A stretch of 32,000 nucleotides of DNA, taken from assembly GCF_042660085.1 (NCBI RefSeq), contig NZ_JBHSTI010000008.1, positions 1,050,001 through 1,082,000 of the forward strand. Reading direction: 5' to 3'. Every line of letters begins with the position of its first letter. Position 1 is the first letter of the stretch. Both the position numbers and the translations under genes were made by a program. Under the pieces are notes generated by a model. It saw only the letters and a program-made list of their open reading frames with translations, was not told the origin of the DNA and made no database searches. Origin of the DNA: Longivirga aurantiaca (GTDB lineage Bacteria > Actinomycetota > Actinomycetes > S36-B12 > CAIYMF01). Of this stretch, positions 7,653 through 15,075 are shown one piece after another.

Positions 7653-8186
7653 ATGCACTGCCCGTTCTGCCGCCACACCGACTCCCGCGTCGTCGACTCC
7701 CGCAGCGACGGCGACGGCACGAGCATCCGCCGTCGCCGGCAGTGCCCGGAATGCGGCAAGCGCTTCACCACGGCCGAGACGGTCACGCTCACGGTCGTGA
7801 AGCGCAACGGCGTCACCGAGCCGTTCAGCCGCGCCAAGGTCGCCAGCGGCGTCCGCAAGGCGTGCCAGGGCCGTCCGGTGAGCGAGGACGACCTCGCGCT
7901 GCTGGCCCAGGCGGTGGAGGAGGCCGTCCGCGCGAGCGGGTGCGCCGAGATCGGCAGCCACGACGTCGGCCTCGCGATCCTCGGCCCGCTGCGCGACCTC
8001 GACGAGATCGCCTACCTGCGGTTCGCGAGCGTCTACCGGGCGTACGAGGGCCTCGAGGACTTCGAGGCCGAGATCGCCCTCCTGCGCGCCGAGCGAGAGC
8101 TCGGGCCCGATCTTCGCACCGGCCGCCGAGAGGCCGCCGGACGCGAGCGCGACCGTGCTGACGAGCTCAGCACCACCTCGCCCTGA
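7653..8186 (+). CDS. nrdR: Transcriptional repressor NrdR (zinc ribbon + ATP-cone)
   Basis: In-frame part of ORF 7491..8186. The ATG at 7653 has GGAAGGAGG 8 nt upstream. [17 protein letters not shown]...[17 protein letters not shown] is the canonical NrdR zinc ribbon, followed by an ATP-cone ([16 protein letters not shown]...). Confidence 0.95.
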   Translation: MHCPFCRHTDSRVVDSRSDGDGTSIRRRRQCPECGKRFTTAETVTLTVVKRNGVTEPFSRAKVASGVRKACQGRPVSEDDLALLAQAVEEAVRASGCAEIGSHDVGLAILGPLRDLDEIAYLRFASVYRAYEGLEDFEAEIALLRAERELGPDLRTGRREAAGRERDRADELSTTSP

Positions 8187-8391
8187 TCCGCGTTTCAGGG
8201 CCCCCACCAGAACCACGGCTCCTTCCCCTGCCGGTACGACCGCGCACGACCTGAAAGACCAGCAGGACCGCATACAGGAAGACCGCGAGAACACAGCAGT
8301 TCCAGGGCATATGGGCACTGCACCAGACGTTGAACAAGCAGGACTCGAACAAGCTCCCCACGGGGGATCGAGCCGGTCAGTGGAGGAACGC

Positions 8392-11262
8392 ATGACGGAG
8401 ACGACGGGCGCCAAGGCGTCGAAGAAGGCAGCAACCCCCAGGGTCGCGGGCCTCACCATCGACCGGATCTACACGACGCCGGGCGTGCACCCGTACGACG
8501 AGGTCACCTGGGAGCACCGCGACGTGGTGCAGACCAACTGGAAGACCGGCGAGACCGTCTTCGAGCAGCGCGCGGTGGAGTTCCCCGACTTCTGGTCGGT
8601 CAACGCCTCCACGATCGTCACCACGAAGTACTTCCGCGGCGCGGTCGGCACCGACCAGCGCGAGCGGAGCCTGCGCCAGCTCATCGACCGCGTCGTGCTC
8701 ACCTACACCAAGGCGGGCAAGGACTACGGCTACTTCCTCACCGAGGAGGACGCCACCGTCTTCGAGCACGAGCTCACCTGGATGCTGCTGCACCAGGTCT
8801 TCAGCTTCAACAGCCCGGTGTGGTTCAACGTCGGTACGACGAGCCCGCAGCAGGTCAGCGCCTGCTTCATCCTGAGCGTCGACGACACGATGGACTCGAT
8901 CCTCAACTGGTACCGCGAGGAGGGCCTGATCTTCAAGGGCGGCTCCGGCGCCGGCCTCAACCTCTCCCGCATCCGCTCGAGCAAGGAGCTGCTGCACTCC
9001 GGCGGCACCGCGAGCGGCCCGGTCTCCTTCATGCGCGGCGCCGACGCCAGCGCCGGCACCATCAAGAGCGGCGGCGCCACGCGTCGTGCGGCCAAGATGG
9101 TCGTGCTCGACGTGGACCACCCCGACATCGAGGAGTTCATCGAGACCAAGGCGAGCGAGGAGCGCAAGATCCGCGTGCTCCGCGACGCCGGCTTCGACAT
9201 GGACCTCGGCGGCAAGGACATCACCTCCGTCCAGTACCAGAACGCCAACAACTCGGTCCGCGTGACCGACGAGTTCATGCGCGCGGTCGAGGAGGGCACC
9301 GAGTTCGGCCTGCGTGCCCGCTCCACCGGCGAGATCATCGAGACCGTCGACGCGAAGTCGCTGTTCGAGAAGATCTGCAAGGCCGCGTGGGAGTGCGCCG
9401 ACCCGGGCATCCAGTACGACGGCACCATCAACGACTGGCACACCAACCCCGAGACGGGCCGCATCACCGCGAGCAACCCATGCTCGGAGTACATGAGCCT
9501 CGACAACAGCTCGTGCAACCTCGCGAGCCTCAACCTGCTGAAGTTCCTCAAGGACGACGACACCTTCGACGCCGTCACCTTCGGCAAGGCCGTCGACCTC
9601 ATCATCACGGCGATGGACATCTCGATCTGCTTCGCGGACTTCCCGACCGAGCCGATCGGCGACACCACCCGCAAGTACCGCCAGCTCGGCATCGGCTTCG
9701 CCAACCTCGGCGCGCTGCTCATGGCGACCGGCCTGCCCTACGACAGCGACGGCGGCCGCGCGCTCGCCGGCGCGATCACGAGCCTCATGACGGGCCGCGC
9801 CTACAAGCGCTCCGCCGAGCTCGCGGGCATCGTCGGCGCGTACGAGGGCTACGCCCGCAACGCCGACGCCCACAAGCGCGTCATGCGCAAGCACGCCGCG
9901 GCCACCGACGGCGTCCGCAACGTGACGAGCCTGGACGCCGACGTCCTCAAGATCGCGCAGAAGGCGTGGGAGGACGGCATCAAGATCGGCGAGAAGAACG
10001 GCTGGCGCAACGCGCAGGCCTCGGTGCTCGCGCCCACCGGCACCATCGGCTTCATGATGGACTGCGACACCACCGGCATCGAGCCCGACTTCTCGCTGGT
10101 GAAGTTCAAGAAGCTCGTCGGCGGCGGCTCGATGCAGATCGTCAACCAGACGATCCCGCGGGCGCTGCGCAAGCTCGGCTACACCGAGGAGACGGTCGAG
10201 GCGATCGTCGAGTACATCGCCGACAAGGGCCACGTCGTCGACGCGCCCGGCCTCAAGACCGAGCACTACCCGGTGTTCGACTGCGCGATGGGCGAGCGCT
10301 CGATCACGCCCATGGGCCACGTGCGGATGATGGCGGCCTGCCAGCCGTTCCTCTCGGGCGCGATCTCCAAGACGGTGAACATGCCGGAGGAGGCCACGGT
10401 CGAGGAGATCGAGGAGGTCTACTTCCAGAGCTGGAAGATGGGCATCAAGGCCCTCGCGATCTACCGCGACAACTGCAAGGTCGGCCAGCCGCTCTCGGAC
10501 GGCAAGTCGACCAAGGCCGACAACGGCGTGGCCGCCTCGGCCGCTCCTGCGACGGTCGTCGAGTACCGCCCCGTCCGCAAGCGGCTCCCCAAGAAGCGCC
10601 CGTCCTCGACGGTCTCCTTCTCGGTCGGCGGTGCCGAGGGCTACATGACCGCCGGCTCCTACCCGGACGACGGCCTGGGCGAGGTCTTCCTCAAGCTCGG
10701 CAAGCAGGGCTCGACGCTCGCCGGCGTGATGGACGCCTTCTCGATCGCGATCTCGATCGCGCTGCAGTACGGCGTGCCGCTCGAGGCCTACGTCTCGAAG
10801 TTCGTCAACATGCGCTTCGAGCCGGCCGGTCTCACCGACGACCCCGACATCCGCATGGCGCAGTCGATGATGGACTACATCTTCCGCCGCCTCGCGCTGG
10901 ACTACCTGCCCTACGAGAAGCGCTCGGCCCTCGGCATCTTCACAGCCGACGAGCGTGCCGAGCAGGTCGCCGGCTCGTACAACACCCCGGCCCCGGCCGC
11001 CGAGATCGCCGCGGCCGTGACCGAGGAGCTCGAGACCCTCGCGCAGTCGGCGCCGACCTCGGCCCCGTCGGTGTCGTCGGACGACGCCGCTCTCGGTGCG
11101 ATCGCAGCACCGAAGGAGGCCCACTCCTCGGCCGAGCTGCTCGAGGTCATCACCGGCAAGGCCTCGGACGCGCCGCTCTGCATGACCTGCGGAATCAAGA
11201 TGCGCCCGGCCGGCAGCTGCTACGTCTGCGAGGGCTGCGGCTCGACCAGCGGCTGCAGCTGA
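8392..11262 (+). CDS. nrdJ: Class II (adenosylcobalamin-dependent) ribonucleotide reductase
   Basis: In-frame part of ORF 8155..11262. The ATG at 8392 has GGAGGA 4 nt upstream. RNR motifs: SACFIL, NPCSEY (active-site Cys), APTGTIGF, ISKTVNMP. C-terminal CxxC...CxxC tail (CMTCG...CYVCEGCG). The nrdR-nrdJ pairing is as in Streptomyces. Confidence 0.95.
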   Translation: MTETTGAKASKKAATPRVAGLTIDRIYTTPGVHPYDEVTWEHRDVVQTNWKTGETVFEQRAVEFPDFWSVNASTIVTTKYFRGAVGTDQRERSLRQLIDRVVLTYTKAGKDYGYFLTEEDATVFEHELTWMLLHQVFSFNSPVWFNVGTTSPQQVSACFILSVDDTMDSILNWYREEGLIFKGGSGAGLNLSRIRSSKELLHSGGTASGPVSFMRGADASAGTIKSGGATRRAAKMVVLDVDHPDIEEFIETKASEERKIRVLRDAGFDMDLGGKDITSVQYQNANNSVRVTDEFMRAVEEGTEFGLRARSTGEIIETVDAKSLFEKICKAAWECADPGIQYDGTINDWHTNPETGRITASNPCSEYMSLDNSSCNLASLNLLKFLKDDDTFDAVTFGKAVDLIITAMDISICFADFPTEPIGDTTRKYRQLGIGFANLGALLMATGLPYDSDGGRALAGAITSLMTGRAYKRSAELAGIVGAYEGYARNADAHKRVMRKHAAATDGVRNVTSLDADVLKIAQKAWEDGIKIGEKNGWRNAQASVLAPTGTIGFMMDCDTTGIEPDFSLVKFKKLVGGGSMQIVNQTIPRALRKLGYTEETVEAIVEYIADKGHVVDAPGLKTEHYPVFDCAMGERSITPMGHVRMMAACQPFLSGAISKTVNMPEEATVEEIEEVYFQSWKMGIKALAIYRDNCKVGQPLSDGKSTKADNGVAASAAPATVVEYRPVRKRLPKKRPSSTVSFSVGGAEGYMTAGSYPDDGLGEVFLKLGKQGSTLAGVMDAFSIAISIALQYGVPLEAYVSKFVNMRFEPAGLTDDPDIRMAQSMMDYIFRRLALDYLPYEKRSALGIFTADERAEQVAGSYNTPAPAAEIAAAVTEELETLAQSAPTSAPSVSSDDAALGAIAAPKEAHSSAELLEVITGKASDAPLCMTCGIKMRPAGSCYVCEGCGSTSGCS

Positions 11263-11370
11263 TGTCGTCGGTCATTCGATGTCCCGCTCACGCGGGCGCT
11301 GAATGACCACCCTCCGGTCAGCAATGTCCCGGAAACGGTCAATGTGACATTGCGACCATCAGGTCGGTAA

Positions 11371-11410
11371 GTGGGAGGCCTCCGCGAAGGAGGCCTCCCA
11401 CTTGCTTTCG
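11371..11410 (+). terminator. Rho-independent terminator (presumably nrdJ)
   Basis: Perfect 13-bp stem GTGGGAGGCCTCC-GCGAA-GGAGGCCTCCCAC, followed by TTGCTTTCG. Confidence 0.7.
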
Positions 11411-11489
11411 TGGCTGTCAGACGGCGCGGGGATGATCACTGGGAGCGGATCCTGGATAGCCTGGCCGCGACGGTGACAAGGGGGTCGAG

Positions 11490-14400
11490 GTGGACGACGG
11501 GACGCTTCCGGGCGCTTCGCAGGCAGAGGCGATTCTTCGGACCCGTCTGGAGGACATCACGCCTGGAGCCCGTATCGATGGAGTGACCGGGAGGGGCTCC
11601 GTCGAGGTCGTGTCGATCCGCTGGCACGGCTCGAACTTCATCACGCTGACCTACCGCGACGACCATGGTGCGACGAACCAGCAGGTCCTCGGCCGCGACC
11701 ATGAACCCGGCCTCCGGCTGGCGTCCTCGGGACCCAGTCACGCCTTCGACGGAGATGCCGACTCGTGGAGGTTGGCCGCGGAAGCTCTCCGCATCCGGTA
11801 CGCCGCTTTGTTCGACCCCATGCTGGCTGTCGTCACGAGCGACCTGGAGCCGCTGCCGCACCAGCTTCGGGCTGTCTACGGCGAGCTGCTCCCGAGGACG
11901 CCCCTTCGGTTCCTGCTCGCTGACGACCCCGGAGCAGGCAAGACGATCATGGCCGGGCTCTACATCAAGGAACTGATCCTCCGAGGGGATCTCGCTCGCT
12001 GCTTGATCGTGGCGCCGGGGTCGCTCGTTGAGCAGTGGCAGGACGAGCTGTACGAGAAGTTCGGCCTGCGCTTCGAGCTCCTCACCCGGTCGCTCATCGA
12101 CGAGGCCGTCGAGCGCAGCCCGTTCGATCAGCACCCCCTGCTGATCGCACGGATGGACCAGCTCTCCCGGAGCGACGACCTCGTCGCCCAGCTGGAACGC
12201 AGCGACTGGGACCTTGTCGTCGTCGATGAGGCGCACCGCATGTCGGCGCACTACTTCGGCCAGGAACTGAAGACGACCAAGCGATACCAGCTCGGGCTCG
12301 TGCTCGGTCGGGTCACCCGCCACCTGCTGCTGATGACCGCCACCCCGCACGCCGGCAAGCAGGAGGACTTCCAGCTCTTCCTCGCGCTGCTCGACGGAGA
12401 TCGGTTCGAGGGCCGCTTCCGCGACGGCGTCCACACGGTGGAGCCGGGCGACCTCATGCGCCGCATGGTCAAGGAGGAGCTCCTCACCATGGACGGCAAG
12501 CCGCTGTTCCCTGAGCGCCGCGCTTACACCGTCCCGTATGACCTCTCCGACTCCGAGAAGGACCTGTACGAAGCCGTCACCCAGTACGTGCGCGAGGAGA
12601 TGAACCGAGCGGAACGCCTCAAGGCCGAAGGTGAGGGTCGCCGCGGCAACCAGGTCGGCTTCGCACTCACGGTTCTGCAGCGCCGCCTTGCCTCGAGCCC
12701 CGAGGCGATCTTGCGCAGCCTCGAGCGCCGCAAGGCACGTCTCGAGGGCCGCCGACGCGAGATGGACGCGGCCGCCGCGCACGCCGAGGAGATCTCGCTG
12801 CGGCAACGCCTCGACGAGATCCTGGGCAGGGGCACCGACGAAGATCTAGAAGCCCGCCTCGATGACCTCCCGGGTGAGGAGCTCGAGGAGCTGGAGGAGA
12901 ACGTCGTCGACGCCGCGACGGCCGCCCGCACGGTCGCCGAGCTCGATGTTGAGATCGCCATGCTCGACGACCTTGTCGAGTTGGCTCGCCGAGTCCGCTG
13001 GTCCGGCACGGACAAGAAGTGGTCGGAGCTGCGCACCATCCTCACGGACTCAGACTTGACCGTCGACGAGTCCGGGAACCTGCGCAAGATCATCATCTTC
13101 ACCGAGCATCGCGACACACTGAACTACCTGGTCGACCAGATCCGCAGCCTGGTGGGGCGCGAGGAGGCTGTCCTCGCGATTCACGGAGGGATCCGCCGCG
13201 AAGAACGCCGCAAGGTTCAAGAGCTCTTCACGCAGGACAAGGACACCCTCGTCCTGGTGGCGACCGACGCGGCTGGCGAGGGACTGAACCTTCAGCGAGC
13301 GCACCTGATGGTCAACTATGACCTGCCGTGGAACCCCAACCGAATCGAGCAGCGCTTCGGCCGCATCCACCGCATCGGACAGACCGAGGTGTGCCACCTC
13401 TGGAACCTCTTGGCGGCCAACACACGTGAGGGCGAAGTGTTCCTCCGCCTCCTGGAGAAGATCGAGGAGCAGCGCCAGGCCTACCAGGGGCGCGTGTTCG
13501 ATGTCCTAGGCGACGCTTTCGAGGATCGGCCGTTGCGCCAGCTGCTCATCGACGCGATCCGCTACGGCGACCAGCCGGAGGTCCGAGAGCGCCTCAACAT
13601 GGTGATCGACGAGACAGTGAGCAAGGGCCTGGACGAGCTCATCGCCGAACGTGCGCTCTATCGCGAGGTGTTGGCCGAGGCGGACATCGAGGAGCTTCGA
13701 CGTCGCGTCGAGGAGGCGCAGGCCAGGCGCCTGCAGCCCCACTACGTCCAGGCCTTCTTCCTCGCCGCGTTCACGCGATTGGGAGGACGAATCACCGCCC
13801 GCGAGACCGGGCGCTACGAGATCACGCACGTGCCGGCTGACATCCGTGATCGGGATCGGCAGATTGGCGTAGGCGCTCCTGTCCTCAACCGGTACGAGCG
13901 TGTTGCTTTCGACAAGCCCTACGTCCGGCTGGGCCACGCCCCCCGCGCGGACCTCATCGCACCCGGACACCCCCTTGTCGACGCCGTCGTCGACCTCACC
14001 ATCGAACGCAACAACAACGCTCTCAAGCAAGGCGCTGTGCTTGTCGATCGTGACGACCCGGCTGAGTCGCCGCGTCTGCTCGTGGCCATGACGCAGGAGA
14101 TCTCGGATGGCCATGTGCCGGCGCGGGTGGTGTCCAAGCAGTTTCAGTTCGTCGAGATCGCGCCCGACGGAGATGCACGATCCGCTGGTCCTGCTCCGTA
14201 CCTCGACTACGAGGAGCTTCGCGAGGAAGAGAGGCCGGCGGTCGCGGCGGCACTGGCCGACGCATGGCTCGCTGCGGGCGTCGAGGACGTCGCGGTGTCG
14301 TGGGCGATCGAACACGCACTCCCCGAGCACCAACGCGATGTAGAGGCTCGCGTCCTGCCACTGGTCGCACGCACCCGCGACCATGTGCGTCACCGACTGA

Positions 14401-15059
14401 CGAGCGAGATCAACTACTGGGACACCCGCCACGCCGAGCTCCTCGACCAAGAGGCGGCCGGCCGCCAGCTTCGAATCCGGCCTGAGACCGCCTATCGTCG
14501 CGCGCGCGACCTTGAGGGGCGCTTGTCGCGTCGTCTGGTTGACCTAGATGCCGATGGGCACTTGGCCGTGGCCCCTCCGTACGTTGTAGGTGGTGCGCTC
14601 GTCTTGCCCCAGGGCTTGATCGATCGTGCGCTCGGCCGTCGATCCGCCCCCGAAGCCACCTACGCCAGAGACACCGCTGTGATCGAACGTCGGGCGGTCG
14701 ACGCCGTTCTCGCCGCTGAACGAACGCTGGGGCGACGTCCCGAGGAGATGGCACACAACCACCCAGGGTGGGACATCCGGTCTCAGGCGGCTGACGGCAG
14801 TGTGGTGAAGATCGAGGTCAAAGGCCGCATCGCTGGCGCGGATGATTTCACCATCACGATGAACGAAGTGCTCACCGCCAAGAACCTCGGCGACGACTAC
14901 CGCCTGGCCCTCGTCGAAGTGAGTCCTGACGGCCCCATCCATGACCGCCTGAGATACCTGACCCGTCCCTTCGAAACGACCGGTACCGACGATTTCAGTG
15001 TCAAGCGCTACGTGATGAACTGGGACGCCCGATGGTCGACGGGAACCGCACCACACTGA
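11490..15059 (+). CDS. SNF2-family helicase with C-terminal DUF3883-type PD-(D/E)xK nuclease-like domain
   Basis: ORF 11490..15059. GTG start with AAGGGGG 5 nt upstream. Helicase motifs: I LLADDPGAGKTIMAG, II VVVDEAH, III LLMTATPHAGK, V ATDAAGEGLNLQ, VI NRIEQRFGRIHRIGQ. The C-terminus (HPGWDIRS...VVKIEVKGR) has a D...ExK pattern typical of DUF3883. Confidence 0.9.
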   Translation: MDDGTLPGASQAEAILRTRLEDITPGARIDGVTGRGSVEVVSIRWHGSNFITLTYRDDHGATNQQVLGRDHEPGLRLASSGPSHAFDGDADSWRLAAEALRIRYAALFDPMLAVVTSDLEPLPHQLRAVYGELLPRTPLRFLLADDPGAGKTIMAGLYIKELILRGDLARCLIVAPGSLVEQWQDELYEKFGLRFELLTRSLIDEAVERSPFDQHPLLIARMDQLSRSDDLVAQLERSDWDLVVVDEAHRMSAHYFGQELKTTKRYQLGLVLGRVTRHLLLMTATPHAGKQEDFQLFLALLDGDRFEGRFRDGVHTVEPGDLMRRMVKEELLTMDGKPLFPERRAYTVPYDLSDSEKDLYEAVTQYVREEMNRAERLKAEGEGRRGNQVGFALTVLQRRLASSPEAILRSLERRKARLEGRRREMDAAAAHAEEISLRQRLDEILGRGTDEDLEARLDDLPGEELEELEENVVDAATAARTVAELDVEIAMLDDLVELARRVRWSGTDKKWSELRTILTDSDLTVDESGNLRKIIIFTEHRDTLNYLVDQIRSLVGREEAVLAIHGGIRREERRKVQELFTQDKDTLVLVATDAAGEGLNLQRAHLMVNYDLPWNPNRIEQRFGRIHRIGQTEVCHLWNLLAANTREGEVFLRLLEKIEEQRQAYQGRVFDVLGDAFEDRPLRQLLIDAIRYGDQPEVRERLNMVIDETVSKGLDELIAERALYREVLAEADIEELRRRVEEAQARRLQPHYVQAFFLAAFTRLGGRITARETGRYEITHVPADIRDRDRQIGVGAPVLNRYERVAFDKPYVRLGHAPRADLIAPGHPLVDAVVDLTIERNNNALKQGAVLVDRDDPAESPRLLVAMTQEISDGHVPARVVSKQFQFVEIAPDGDARSAGPAPYLDYEELREEERPAVAAALADAWLAAGVEDVAVSWAIEHALPEHQRDVEARVLPLVARTRDHVRHRLTSEINYWDTRHAELLDQEAAGRQLRIRPETAYRRARDLEGRLSRRLVDLDADGHLAVAPPYVVGGALVLPQGLIDRALGRRSAPEATYARDTAVIERRAVDAVLAAERTLGRRPEEMAHNHPGWDIRSQAADGSVVKIEVKGRIAGADDFTITMNEVLTAKNLGDDYRLALVEVSPDGPIHDRLRYLTRPFETTGTDDFSVKRYVMNWDARWSTGTAPH

Positions 15060-15075
15060 TGCAGAGAGAAGTCAC

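Noticed and set aside
8187-8391. Possible cobalamin riboswitch or additional NrdR box in the nrdR-nrdJ spacer (GGGCATATGGGCACTG).
   Set aside because: Only a loose resemblance to a B12-box-like GCCACTG, with none of the other conserved riboswitch elements. A B12 riboswitch is expected on B12-independent RNR genes, not on nrdJ. The CATATG-centred sequence is not a convincing 16-bp NrdR palindrome.
8377-11124. Very long ORFs antisense to, or out of frame with, the real genes. Examples: 8377..11124(-), 8820..11306(+), 465..1478(-), 805..2118(+), 3600..4988(-), 4922..7174(-), 11436..12806(-), 21209..22897(-), 16660..17898(-), 27452..28663(+).
   Set aside because: These are typical high-G+C shadow frames. 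The translations are Arg/Pro/Gly/Ala-rich and low-complexity, with no motifs. Each overlaps a gene with clear family motifs and much stronger third-position G+C bias.
8392-11262. Possible intein or insertion in nrdJ, given its 956-aa length.
   Set aside because: Reading through the translation I see no intein block motifs (no Cys/Ser-start ... HN-Cys junction pattern). The length is normal for actinobacterial NrdJ with its C-terminal Cys-rich tail.
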